The notes under the pieces were generated by a model. The model worked only from the letters and a program-made list of their open reading frames with translations. It was not told the DNA's origin and ran no database searches. A DNA stretch of 64,000 nucleotides. Origin: Octopus sinensis (Eukaryota). Position numbers and translations under genes: made by a program. This document shows, piece by piece, positions 38,377 to 52,056 of the stretch (the first letter of the stretch is position 1; the number at the start of each line of letters is the position of its first letter). The DNA lies in contig NC_043002.1 in NCBI RefSeq assembly GCF_006345805.1, positions 98,642,001 to 98,706,000 of the forward strand, in the 5' to 3' direction.

Positions 38377-38830
38377 CTTCACAGTTGAGTTGCTAGACAG
38401 TGAAATAAGATACTAGTAATGCACACATAGGTTCACAGATGTGTGGCTAGGCAAAGAGGTTCATAACAATGTGCACATGGCTTCACAGTTGAGTGGCTAG
38501 ACATAGGGACAGGAGTCTAGTGGTGTGTACAGGTTCACAGCAGAGTAACTAGGCATAGCAACAGGACTCTAGCAGTGTATATATAACTTCACAGTTGAGC
38601 TGGTTAGACATAGTAATGGGATTCTAGTAGTGTGTACATAGTTTCACAGCTGACTGATTAGGCATAGGGAGATATAGACAGTGTATCCACCCGTTCACAA
38701 TTGAATAACTGGCGAAGAGGGTACTAGTAGTGTATAATAATTTCACAGTTGAGTAGCTATACATAACAACAAGATCTAACTGTATATGCATATATAAGTG
38801 TGGCTTCACAGTTGAATGGCTAGACATAGA
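38377..38830. repeat. Degenerate ~52-bp tandem repeat, 9 units
   Basis: ttcaca(g) recurs at 38378, 38432, 38482, 38534, 38588, 38643, 38694, 38742 and 38805. Confidence 0.85.
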
Positions 38831-41167
38831 AAGAGAAAACATTTTCAAAACTACTTATTCTCACATGTCATATCAAAATATACAATTTTTTAACAATTAA
38901 CTTCCATGCTTCAATAGATGAATTGAAGCAAAACATATAAGGCAACATCTGGAATCAGAAGAAACTTGTGTTAGTCAGTGATGGCTATAATTACTCTGTA
39001 GGGAAATTCATTGAAGAGTTTGTTAATTTGAATTACTTTGGGAAATAAAAGTTCTACATAGCATCATTTGTAGTTTTTTAAGGAAGTGAATTAAAATGTG
39101 ATGTAGATTCCTCTTTTCTCACAGTAAGTGAACTTACTGAAATCTTCATTCACTCTTCTGTATTAATATAAGCATGGTCATAACTGAACAGTTGAAACCA
39201 GTAAAAAATAATGAATGAACAGAAACAACATAGAGTATTAAGTCCTCTTTAGTTTTGTAGATTACAAGGTAACCCTTCTAGTGCTGGTGCCTTTATAAAA
39301 TTATAAATTTGTTTTTGGCCATTAAAATCTAATTGGCTTTCTTCTATTTGCTGCCACCCTGTTTCTGTTTGGTTAATTATTTTAAGGATTAGTTCATGGC
39401 ACATAAAATATTATTGGAGAAAGAGCATTAGTTGCTTAGAGGTGTGACATGTGAATAAGCCATCTCACTGGTTATCTTGGTTGTTTTTTTATTTTAATTC
39501 CTTGGTGAAATAATGGTGAAAACTATGCTCTCAAAAGCAAAGCATATTTAGAACTACCTTGATTTCATGTTTTCAGAATCAGAAATCTTGAATTATTTGA
39601 TTTTCTTTGAGATTGTGATTAAATTGTGGTTAGATGGAAATAACAGAGAAAATCAGAAAATGATGGAATGAGAACATTTGAAGATGAAATATATAAAAAA
39701 AAAAAAGACTCCAAAGAATTTCAAGTACAGTGAGAGAAAGAAAGGGAAGAAAATATGAAGGACTGAGAATGCAAAAAAAGGCAAAAGCCAAACAAAGCAA
39801 GAAATATTGCATTGTAAAAAAAAAAAAAATTATATATTGAAAACTAAGTTAATAGAAAATAAAATATGTACAAAACATGGACATGGAGTCATATGGTTTC
39901 TTAGTTGTGTTGGGTCTAAACTATAGCCGGTTTTAATTCATTTTTGTTTTGTTAATATCCAGAAAATGGTCTTAAATGACTTTATGGTTGTCTATTTGAT
40001 TTTTTATCATTATTATATTTTTTTAGTCAAAAGGAAAGGGCAGTGCCCATGACTGTTTACAGAGCTTTCAAGATTGATGGGAGGGTGGGAGGAAGTTATC
40101 TTCAAGCTGGAGATCTGACCAAATGCTTCCAAAATACATCCGAAATACCATGATAATGTGACTAGCACCTCTCAAATGTAAAAGAAATATTGAAATTATT
40201 TTCCTATTGATTCTTTAAGTGTTTAAAAATGTCCATGGAGTACTCTTATTTTGAATACACAAATATATGTTCCGAATATCCAAATACACATGTATGTGTG
40301 TGTGTGTGTGTTAATAAACATATAATTAGAAACAACCTCCTGTATTCAGTGAGTTTTGTAACATTTAATTATATTGTGTAACCAAATATTATTTAGATAG
40401 CTAATCCAAGTCCTTCTGGACTTGACTTAGCTTAACTATACCAGTGTTCACATAGTATGTATGAATGCAATGAAAAACATAGTTATTATATTTATTGTGA
40501 AGGCCATGGGAACTGTGCCTTCTCCAAGACAAAATTATCCAACCATCGTTTTCAATGGGAATTTTCTCAGAAAACACTTAGTACTTTGGCAGTATTATAT
40601 TATAGCATGTCTTGATATAAAATACAGCTGGTTTTCAATTTCTGAGATAACCTGGTGGTTGAAGTGTTTAGCTCATGATCATAAGGTTATGGGCTCAATT
40701 TCTAGTGTGCTTCTTTTTCACATCTGAGTATTTCAGAGGATATTGACTAATATTTCACTCATCCAACCCCCAACTCCCATTTAACCATACATATATATAA
40801 ACTTTGAATTTTTATCATTTTATTTGCATTCTGATTTCAAAATTTAAAACAAAAAACAGGATTAATCTTGTAAGTGCCACCATTATCTGAATTAACAAAT
40901 ATCTGTCTGTCTGTCTATTGTGTGTGTATGCATACATACATAAAGGAAGAGAAACAACAAAGGAATAAATGATTATCTTTTGAACTTCATTAGTGTGCAA
41001 CTGTTTCTGCTGAGATGCAGTGGACTCGGTTGAGTGTCTGAATGGCACCTTATAAAGTGCTTCATCAGAGCCTCGAATATGAAGTACAATTTATTTGGGA
41101 AAGAATTACATTTGTGTCTATACTGGGATTGGCACCAACACACACACACATATATATATATATATAT

Positions 41168-41480
41168 GTGGAGGCGCAATGGCCCAGTGGTTAGGGCAGC
41201 GGACTCGCGGTTGTAAGATCACGGTTTCGATTCCCAGACAGGGCCTTGTGAGTGTTTATTGAGCGAAAACACCTAAAGCTCCACGATGCTCCGGCAGGGG
41301 GTGGTGGTGATCCCTGCTGTACTCTCTTGCCACAACCTTCTCTCACTCTTTCTTCTGTTGGCCTGCCCACTTAGCCAGCGGGGTGGCGTCATTTGAAGGC
41401 TAAAACAATGTGAAGCGCATTGTGACCTGCGATGTGTAGCAACATCTGATAGCCTGGTCGGTCACGGTAATCACAGTGAT
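41168..41480 (+). mobile_element. SINE family C, tail type 2
   Basis: Family C head; tail shared with the 50511 and 61800 copies. Confidence 0.85.
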
Positions 41481-42476
41481 ATATATATATATATGTAAAT
41501 TGGATTTTGTAAAAAAATGCAAAAAATAAAGAAAACGAATGATAGCTATTATACATCTATACATGTTGTTATCAACAATCATGTACAAAAAACACATCTG
41601 TCTACTAATATTTACATATTATTTAAAGTAGTACATCTGTTCATCATATTGCAGCACAGTTGTGTTTGGGGCCTCTACTTTCTATGTTTTAAACTGAACT
41701 TCATAATGGCTATAGTAAATATTGCTTCTTAACTCTTGTATTAATGCTAATTAGTTTTAATGCAAGGGGTCAATTTTTAACATAATTTCTGTTCAGTTTG
41801 TTTTTTCACTTGATTTAGACAAAAATTTGGCATGCTGATTAAAACTAGTTTTCTTCTACCACTTCAAGTTTTTTCCTGCAGTTTGCTATCTGAATAAGGG
41901 CTGCTCAGCTGCTTTTATTATTTTATTGATAATAGGTATAAAACCATAACCATCACTAACAAGCAAGAATGAATTAATAGAAATTGATAGGAATCTATCA
42001 TGTTTTTAGGTGCCTATATTGTTGAGAACAGACATAAACATCTCTTCAGCCCTTCTTCCTGTTGATTCAGGAGAATGTGCATTAAAGATTTTGATTGCTG
42101 GAGGAAGAGAGAACTGTCCCAGCACTTGACTGGTACCCATTTTCAGCTGTGTAGGAATAAAGTGTCTTACTCAAGGAAGCGATGGAGCCATCCAATCTTG
42201 GAATCAAACCTATGACCTCATGATCATAATCCTAACCTTAACTACTGGGCCATATGCCATCCACATATACTAATTATACTAGTTATATATTAAACCTTCT
42301 AACTTTTAAAAAAACTGTTGTCTCCTTAACCCATCCATCTTCATTTCTCAACCTAACAATTACATAATATAATATGTACTAACCAACTGACCACCATAAT
42401 CAAGATACTTATGAAAGAATTTCTTTCACAGTGCCACTCTTTTCTGGTTACTAGTATTCTATTATTACTTACTTAA

Positions 42477-42696
42477 CCCTTTTGTTACTGTATTTATTTT
42501 GAGAGGCTCTGTGTTTCTTTCAATTACTTTAAATATCACAAAGAATTTAGTAAAATAACTTAGTTATCATTAAGCTAGTGTTAGGAACATAAATTGTGAC
42601 TAAGGTTTGGTGGAAGATTTTAATTCAAAACTTATGAAAACAAGACATTTGTATTCAGAGCCAGAGCCGGTTTCAGCCGGGTTGGTAACGAAAGGG
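42477..42696. mobile_element. piggyBac-type MITE (second family)
   Basis: TTAA|CCCTTTTGTTAC...GTAACGAAAGGG|TTAA. Confidence 0.85.
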
Positions 42697-43028
42697 TTAA
42701 GCCCTTCTTTCTTGATGGAGTAAAGGCCGTTAATGACTTTTCTCTACAGTTACTATCAGCTGTCTTTTCTGCTTCTTTCTGTCTAGATTCCTGCTTTTTA
42801 TTTTGCCGCACAGTATCATATGCTTTTCCCGAGAGAAGGCCTTCCTCTCTCCCAGATCTTGTTGTTTCTGCATTGTCATCAATGCTTCTGTAACTTTACT
42901 TCTCTTTTAGGTAGTGGTTGGTGGCTTTGTGCAAACCCCATTTTTACTTCTGGAAGAGGTAGTCCATTTTAGTTTGGCCACTATCTTTTGACTTGCCAAG
43001 AGCTTGCAATCCATTGGTATAGTTCTCA

Positions 43029-43259
43029 GGCGGCGAGCTGGCAGAAACGTTAGCACATCGGGCGAAACGCTTAGCAGTATTTCATCTGCTGTTACGTTCT
43101 GAGTTCAAATTCCGCCGAGGTCGACTTTGCCTTTTATCCTTTCAGGGTCAATTAAATAAGTACCAGTTACACACTGGGGTCGATATAATCGACTTAATCC
43201 GTTTGTCTGTCCTTGTTTGTCCTCTCTGTGTTTAGCCCCTTGTGGGCAGTAAAGAAATA
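43029..43259 (+). mobile_element. SINE family B
   Basis: TSD ggtatagttctca(gg). Confidence 0.85.
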
Positions 43260-43679
43260 GGTATAGTTCTCAGGATTATTGAGGCACACAAGCCACCAAG
43301 GACTGGACCTTATCATGGGATATTATTATGATTGCTGTATATTCTGTTGAACAACATGGAAAAAAACTGAAAAAAATCATCTAAGGATTTGCTAATTATA
43401 GAATTTAGATCTTCATGATAATCTGTTCTGTCAAATTAAAGATTCAAAGTTTTCGTTTTTTAATTCTTCAATAGCTTTTAGTCATTGGACTGTGGCTATT
43501 CTGAGGAACTGTCTTTAAGGGTTTTAGTCTAGCATATCAGTCCTAGTAACTTACATAGTACATATTTCACTTTGAAAGATGTAAAGTGTAGCATGTCATA
43601 AAGGGAGATAATTTGCTGAATTTAAGTGCTGCTACATATTTCTATTCAAATATACTGGTTATTTACTTGACAAAGATCT

Positions 43680-43735
<56 letters not shown>

Positions 43736-43766
43736 GCACTCATACTATTCATCTGCGAGTCTCTTT

Positions 43767-44467
43767 GGATCTTTTCCTTTTGAACGGCAGACAATTTCTA
43801 GTTAACTAAACACTTTAAAACTTCGTATACTGGTAGAATGTGTCAAAATAAAACATTTTTTTCTCTTGGCTTTCTTGAGAAAATTGTAATTTGTTTGTTT
43901 AACGTAGTTTAATTTTTCGAATTTTAACCAATCCTATGCGCTCTTTTGAGCTAAAATCATTTGCTGCGTCTAAAACTGAGACAACATCCTGTAACTAACC
44001 CTAACTCTAAATTTGTTTTTCTTAATTGTTAAATTAATTTAACTGTTACGCGTGTAAAAAAAACTAAAGCAATGGAAAATAATTTAAACAATTAACAAAC
44101 AAAATAATTCTATAATTTTATACATACGCTTTCCGTTTATTTTACACGTGTAACAGTTAAATTAATTTAACAATTAAGAAAAAAAAAATTTATGGTTAGG
44201 GTTAGGGGGAGGTTTAGGGTTGGTTACAGGATGTTGTCTCAGTTTTAGACGCAGCAAATGATTTTAGTTCAATGGAGGTAATTGATTGGTTAAAATTGCC
44301 GAAATGCTCGAATTTTCAGACGAAATGTCTTACAAACTATAGAATTTTCTCAATAAAACCAAGAGAAAATGATGTTTTATAAACACATTCTACCAGTATA
44401 CGAAGTTTAAAACTTTTTAGTTACCTAGAAATTATGTTACAAACTGCCGTTCAAAAGGAAAAGATCC
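43767..44467. mobile_element. Foldback DNA transposon/MITE with long TIRs and 8-bp TSD (Merlin- or hAT-like)
   Basis: Perfect 24-bp termini ggatcttttccttttgaacggcag / ctgccgttcaaaaggaaaagatcc, TSD gtctcttt, inverted arms about 300 bp. Confidence 0.9.
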
Positions 44468-45361
44468 GTCTCTTTTATTGAGATCCTTTTGTGCACTACT
44501 TTTATAACTGTACATGTTGGACAACACATTACAAGCTTTCTTACATTATATGTATTTCATATGCTACTATTGAGATGTTTTCTTTACTGGCAAAAATCAC
44601 TTTGAGCATGAGTTACTGTAAGTCACTTACCTTATGCACAAGAGAATCTATGTCGCTCAACATGCAAGAAATGCCAGCACGATCTCTACAGAACACTTGT
44701 ATTTTGTACAGCCAAATTTTTTTCTGTGATTGTTATAATATAAGAATATAGCTCTTTATGGAAGCTCTACATGAGCCAATGAGAATGTCATTATGTGCTC
44801 ATTCAACCGGCTAGAAATAGCAGCTAAATTACCCTAATTTCACATGTTACCATATTTGGAAAAGAAAAATAACATTGATTTGTGTAGTCCTTGATGCATT
44901 GTCTGAAGAAAAAAAGACATGTGGTTACTGATGAAAGGCTCTGATCATAAGTCTGTTTATCTGAAGATCTACTTTCACAATATCGCAGAAACAATCTTCA
45001 CAGAACATCCTGCATTACCAAATTCTGTTAATAATAACTGTCATATTAACCTCTACACTAACTTTTTAGACACCCTTATAACTTTAATCCTTTTTGAGTA
45101 GTTGTCAGTTAGTCATAGGCTAAAGCAAACAGAATTCCCATTTTCAAAGGCATTCCAAGTAGTTCAGGTCTAACTATGTGGTGAAGAAATTTGCTTTGCA
45201 ACCACATGGTCCAGTCCCATTGTGCAACACTTTGAACTAGCGTCTTCTACTATAGCCCCAGGCTGATCAAAGTATTGTGACTAGATTATTTGACAAAATG
45301 TGAAAGAAAACCATACATACATATATATATATACACATGCATGCATGTATATATATATATA

Positions 45362-45550
45362 TCATCATCATCTTCGTTTAGCGTCCGCTTTCCATGCTAG
45401 CATGGGTTGGACGGTTCAACTGGGGTCTGTGAAGCCAGAAGGCTGCATCAGGCCCAGTCTGATCTGGCAGTGTTTCTACGGCTGGATGCCCTTCCTAACG
45501 CCAACCACTCTGTGAGTGTAGTGGGTGCTTTTTACGTGCCACCCGCACAG
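45362..45550 (-). mobile_element. Retroelement family D 3' part
   Basis: (CAT)n tail plus body. Confidence 0.75.
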
Positions 45551-45706
45551 ACGTGCCACACACACATATTCATATATCTATGTATAAATGTGTGTGTGTT
45601 TATGTGTGTTTTAACTCTTTCTCTTAACATTGCCTGCTAATCATTAATGAAGGGTCCCTGTCTTTAAGTGTCATTTGGTCTTCTATAACATGTCTGGCCA
45701 TCAATG

Positions 45707-45892
45707 CCCTTTAGCATTTAGCTTATTCAGTCAAATGTTAATGCTTATCTGCTCACATTCTTTTGGATCAATCTACCATTATTTCATTGCTTCAAGATGT
45801 CAATGATGTGATTGTTTATTTTGAGAATGATAATGTAGCATAGAGAGGGAAAATATTTAGGTTGGATATGACCAGTTTAAATTGCTAAAGGG
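45707..45892. mobile_element. piggyBac-type MITE (degenerate relative of the 25806 element)
   Basis: ccctttagca...tgctaaaggg|ttaa and a similar interior. Confidence 0.65.
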
Positions 45893-47707
45893 TTAACATT
45901 TTCCTCAGTGAATTTTATCTGATCCATACAAGCATGGAAAAGTAAACATTAAAAACAAAGATGATAATGATTCTAGATGTGACCTTCCCATCTTATTCTA
46001 AAACGTTATGTGTCTTGGACTACTTAATCTAATGTTGATATCACTTTCTTTTCTCAAGACAACATTGTGTGATTTAAGAATGATTTTGACTGATATTTTT
46101 AACAGGTGTAATGACTTGCAGTAGTTCCTATATTTACTCCTTGATTTTAGTAATACTAATTCTACTAACCACTACAGGACTGCTGCCTTAAGAATCCCAT
46201 AACACTACAACTACTAAACACAACTAATTCAACCATTTCCTTATATCCTTCATTTCGTCCAAAACTTCTCACCTTTTTGCTTCCATTTAATTTACTCTTT
46301 TTACAATATCTCTCTCTCCTCTTTCCCTGTACATCTTTTATTTCAAAACATATTCTCATTCTATACTTTCCATTTACTAAATGTTATTCACTTCTCTATT
46401 TATTTATTTATTTATGTTATTATTTATTTTTCCACTCATTTTTATCTAATTTTTTTTATTTATCTTTTATTTTTATTTTTTCCTCTCATTTGAAATTCTT
46501 TCTTCAATGCAATTACAGTTTAGAAGGTTTCTTTAAATTTAGAATATTTCTTTGAGTTGGGTAAAGAAATGCATTTTACAATGGCTAAGTGTGTTTTTTT
46601 TCATTTTATTTATTTTTACCTTTAATAATTCAATTGTAAAATCAATGCAGGAAGATGTTGACTACAAAGTTTGATTTTGGCAATGGGATATATTTTCCTC
46701 AAGGTCATATTGTTTGTAACAAATTTTTGAACTCATGAATTTTCACATTTGTACAAACCATTACAAAAATTAATTGCACCTCTATATTTGCTATTATATT
46801 TACCTATTTTTACCTATACAATATATATCTTAACATTACAACATATTTTGTATGGGTAAAATGCAATTAAATTTCATAACAGTTTGTACAACAGTAAAAT
46901 GCACATGATTTCTGGGCAAGTGCATTCTACTACAGTGTTGGCTTGACCAATAAATTATTAGTAGAATATCGAAAACAGAAACTGTGTGGAATCTTATTAT
47001 AACGAAGCTCACAACCAGGTGATTGTGAAGTGACCTTCTTAACCACACAACCATGCCATCTATTATTATTATTAGTATCAATCGAGTATCGAAGTCAATG
47101 TAATTGACTAGTCTCCTCCCCCAAAGTTTCAGGCCTTGTGCATATAGTAGAAAGGATCATTATTATTATTATTGAGTGAGAGAGCAGTCCATGCCATCAA
47201 AATGACACTGGGGTAAAATATACAAAGCCCAGTATACCCATCATGACTACCAGTCTGACGAGTGTGTACCAGGCACATGCATCACAGCCATATGTACGCG
47301 ACATGGTGATCTCATATCAAGAAAAACAGCGCATGATCTTGTAGGTGGGGCCCAGTTAGAATTTTCTTCTGGTTGAGTAACCCATCCCACTCAAAAGGTC
47401 CCTGAATAAGGGTTGTTTAAGGGTGTTGAACGAAACACCCATGTTTCCAGAGGCGAATTTCCCCAACTACTCCTGCTCATGATCAGAGATGCACATATCG
47501 TCAGCCACTAAGGGACATGCTCAACTGGTTAAGGTCAAACAACTGACAAGCAAATCTGTGGTATTGAGCAGAATATTTGCTTTAGCCCATCTTTTATACC
47601 AAGACAAAACAAGGTACATGATAACACTTCCAATCAGTTAAGATCAGAAGCCATGAGAGCCACTGCTTGGCACTGCCTTAGCGCATTTATTATTATTATA
47701 ATTATTA

Positions 47708-47738
<31 letters not shown>

Positions 47739-47919
47739 CGTTATTGTTGTTGTTGTAATGTCACAGTTAAGTGATAAATGCTTTAATGTTTAGGTAAATG
47801 TTTAAGGATTGTTGTTATAATACTTTACAATATCTGTCAAAGAAAGAAGCATGCTAATCCCTTGAATAGGCAATCAGGAAGTTGTTATACTCAACTCACA
47901 TAGTAAAATGACATTTACG

Positions 47920-48240
47920 AGCGAAGGAAATGCACTAGAGAGCAGCAAGTACAGAGGTATCATGTTGGTAGACAAGGTTATGAAAGTTATAGAAGAAAAA
48001 TTATTACAAGATCAATCAAGAACAAGATAAACCTAAAGAGATGCAGTTTGGCTTTGTGTCAAGAATCATCAGTAATACTGGATTTCCAGTGAGACAGCTG
48101 CAGGATTGATTATTTAAGTTGGATTAAGCCTCTGTACTTTAAATAACCTGGAGAAGGGCTTTGACAGAATTCTATGTTCTTTCATCTAGTGGTTACACAA
48201 GAAATTAGGGGAAGATGAATAGCTTGTGATAGTCGCATGT
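47920..48240 (+). pseudogene. Degenerate RTE-clade LINE reverse transcriptase fragment
   Basis: Broken frames give YRGIMLVDKVMKVIE, EMQFGFV, VRQLQ, KPLY and LEKGFDRI, matching N-terminal RT motifs. Confidence 0.8.
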
Positions 48241-48869
48241 TATTCATTAAGGTGAGGATACTTAAAATGCTTTCGTCTCCAAGTGCTGAGTACCCCTCTT
48301 ACAGCACTGCACTTATTTTACAAAAATCATCAAAGCATTATTAAATATATCTTTTATTTTCTTTCAGTGACACCATTAACTTTAATATATATTTTATTTT
48401 ATTTCTTTCAGTTTATTTATTTGTTTATGAATTTTTCTATTGATTGATAAATCATATTCTTTTAATTCATGCTTAATTAATATGCTTAATGAACGATACA
48501 ATTTGTATGAATTTTGTGACAATAATTGTCTCATAAAAGTGGTATTCTTTTTTTACATAAAAGCATATATTTCTTTGCCTTCACATACACAATAGATGCA
48601 CGCATACACACACACATATCCATTGGTTAAGTACTCAATGCAAAAGTAGAAAAGTGTAATGTCATAATTAATCTGTGCTGATTCAGTCACCTGTTATCCT
48701 GGAGTTACTGCAACATATTGCTGAGCAATTGGTAAAGACAGGAAAAAACTGGTTAATCCAAATTTCTCTTGTCTCAGGAACCTAGTAAACTTGATATCTA
48801 TGTATCTGTTTGTCTGTCTGTTTGTATTTGTGTATGTGTGTCTGTCTGTAGGTCTATCTACATACTATT

Positions 48870-49020
48870 ATCATCATCATCATCATCATCATCATTCAAC
48901 GTCTGCTTTCCATGCTAGCATGGGTTGGACGAATGACTGAGGGCTGGCGAACCAGATGGTGGTACCAGGCTTCAATCTTGATCTGGCAAAGTTTCTATAG
49001 CTGGATGCCCTTCCTAATGC
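48870..49020 (-). mobile_element. Retroelement family D 3' fragment
   Basis: (CAT)n tail plus partial body. Confidence 0.65.
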
Positions 49021-49021
49021 C

Positions 49022-49089
<68 letters not shown>

Positions 49090-49123
49090 TGTGTGGGTGT
49101 GTGTATGTGTGTGTGTGTGTGTA

Positions 49124-49154
<31 letters not shown>

Positions 49155-49866
49155 ATGTATGTATCATTATCATCATCATTTCATCCCATCTTTCATGTTG
49201 GCATGAATTGTTTAACCACACAATTCATGTTGGTAGACAAGGTTATCAGAAGATTCAATTTTGTGCACCAAGGACTGCATCAAGCTCCATTATCTGTTTC
49301 ATCATAATTTCTCTGGCTGGATGCCCTTCCTAACACCAACTACTTTATAGAGTGTTCTGGGTGTTTTTTTACATGATTCCCACACTATTGACGTTACCAA
49401 ATAACAAGCAAGTCTAAGGAAAGAAAAAAACCCTCTCAAATGAATGGGATTAAAATAAAAAAGTTGGTGACTTTGTACTGAGTGTTGAGAGACTAATTCA
49501 TGAGAGGGACAGGTGTGGGTGTCTTGCTTCAGTGGAGATATGTGTCTACATTGCATTATATAAGGGTGGAAAAAATTATATAGCAGGAAAAAAATACAAT
49601 GGTAGTGATGACTATATGTCAAAGCATACTTTCAAGATACAGGAAGATGAGTATAAGAGAGAATACTGACAAAGAATCAGTAAGGATTTATCAGTAGATA
49701 AATCCAGTAGAGTGTGAGAGGAGAGTGACAGATGGTTAGTGATAGGTGTAGAGATGAATGTAGTGAATGGAATTTGGGTGGAGATGTGATTGTTGGTAAA
49801 TATCAATTTTAGAAAGAGGTGAAAGAATAAGAGTGACTGATGAAGGTGGAGGTGATAAGGAGGGCT

Positions 49867-50200
49867 AGGAGTGGCTGTGTGGTAAGTAGCTTGCTTACCA
49901 ACCACATGGTTCTGGGTTCAGTCCCACTGCGTAGCACCTTGAGCAAATGTCTTCTACTATAGCCTCGGGCCGACCAAAATCTTGTGAGTGGATTTGGTAG
50001 ACGGAAACTGAAAGAAGCCTGTCATATGTATGTATGTGTGTGTGTATATGTTTGTGTGTCTGTGATTGTCCTCCCCAACATTGCTTGAGAACCGATGCTT
50101 ACAAAGAATAAGTCCTGGGGGTGATTTGCTCAACTAAAGGTGGTGCTCCAGCATGGCCACAGTCACATGACTGAAACAAGTAAAAGAGTAAAAAGAGAGT
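49867..50200 (+). mobile_element. SINE family A (internally deleted)
   Basis: Head and tail match family A. Confidence 0.8.
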
Positions 50201-50510
50201 AAGTGGGGAGAGAAACTGTATAATAGACCTGGTGGTAGATGAGAATATATGAGGATGATTTGCAAGGTAAGTGAGAGAGAGAATAAGAAGGAAATAGATG
50301 CACAATGACAGAGATGGCTGCATAGGGGCAGTACATAGGGGTGGCTATAGTGACTGGAAGCCAAAGGAGTAGGGGACATGAATGGATGATGAGTAGGAGT
50401 GGCTGTGTGGTAAGTAGCTTGCTTACCAACCACATGGTTCCAGGTTCAGTCCCACTGCTTGGCACCTTGGAGACTTCACAGCTTGATATGTATGCGTGTA
50501 CGTATGTACA

Positions 50511-50795
50511 TCACGTGACCGACCAGTCCATCAGATGTAGTTACACATCGCTGGTCACAATGCGTTCGCATTGTTTTAGCCTTCGAATGACGCCACCCCG
50601 CTGGCTAAGCGAGCAGGCCAACAGAAGAAAGAGTGGTGAAAGAGTACAGCAGGGATCACCACCCCCTGCCGGAGCCTTGTGGAGCTTTTAGGTGTTTTCG
50701 CTCAATAAACACTCACAACGCCCAGTCTGGGAATCGAAACCATGATCCTACGACCGCGAGTCCGCTGCCCTAACCACTAGGCCATTGCGCCTCCA
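50511..50795 (-). mobile_element. SINE family C, tail type 2
   Basis: TSD acgtatgtacat. Confidence 0.85.
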
Positions 50796-51348
50796 CACGT
50801 ATGTACATACATTGCAAATATAGGTTTGTATGTGTTTATATGTTAATACACAAGTACACATGAACATTCTGTGCGTAAACACACATCTGGGTTTGTCTGA
50901 AGTTGAATCAGGTCCCCTTGCATTCTAAGTGCACACACACACACACAAACACACACACACATCATCATCATTAATCATTCAACCCATGCTACCATGGAAA
51001 AAAGGGCCATTAAATAATGATGATGATGATTGTTGATGATATATAAAATATTTGTATATTTGTTTATATGTTGTGTGTGTGTTTGTATATATATATACAT
51101 ACGTGTGTATGTATGTATCTGTAATTGTGGTTTTAGTTCCTTTAACTTTGGCACCACAAGAGTGATAATTGTTTGATGTTCAGGGTTTGTTGTGGCTTAC
51201 CATCTTTGTGTTATTTAACTTGTGTCTCTTAATAAATGTTACTAACTGCTTACACTTTGCACTAGTCTCATTTTTTTTTCCACATGTACTGGCTGTCATT
51301 CTTCCCACACCATGCACACATACACACGCACACACGCACACTCACACA

Positions 51349-51381
<33 letters not shown>

Positions 51382-51695
51382 GATCTGCAATTATGATGCT
51401 CTTTAATATCTCCTTACTACTGAGTATATGTTTTACATATAATGAGATTGGTGGTGGTGGTAGGAGAGGCTCTGTGTGGTCATACTCCACCTGCTAGAAA
51501 TAACAGTCAAGTCTTTTAAAATTTATATGCAACTATCTTTAAAAAAAATGGACAAATTGGATGATGTGGTTTAAGGTGTTTTTTATGCCTGGAAAAGTAT
51601 GGGATGTTCATGTCTGGAATGCTTTTGAGTGTACATCTGCTAGATCAGGACTGACCTATGGCTGAATAACAACAGCATCAGCAGCAGCTATAGCA

Positions 51696-52056
51696 GTGGA
51701 GGTGCAATGGCCCAGTGGTTAGGGCAGTGGACTCACGGTCAGAAGATCGTGGTTTCGATTCTCAGACCGGGCATTGTGTGTGTTTATTGAGCAAAAACAC
51801 CTAAAGCTCTACGAGGCTCCAGCAGGAGGTGGTGGCAACCCCTGTTGTACTCTTTTGCCCCAACTTTCTCTCACTCTTTCTTCCTATTTCTTGTCCCCAA
51901 CTTCCTATGCAGTCGCTGAGCCTGAATGCGCATTCATCCATCCGTCGGTGTTGGGGGTTGCCCTGCTTTCTCTTCTGCAGGTCTTACAAATAGCAAAGGA
52001 CCACATTTCGGACTTCTCCCATCTCGCGAGCTCTGGGATGAAGACCGTTCACTCAA
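51696..52056 (+). mobile_element. SINE family C, tail type 3
   Basis: Family C head joined to a different 3' region. Confidence 0.75.

Noticed and set aside
38377-38830. CRISPR-like conserved core with variable spacers
   Set aside because: The inter-core segments are homologous to each other, so this is a diverged tandem repeat.
39105-39130. Recursive splice site or microexon (ttctcacagtaagt)
   Set aside because: Acceptor and donor overlap on the same G rather than forming AG|GT.
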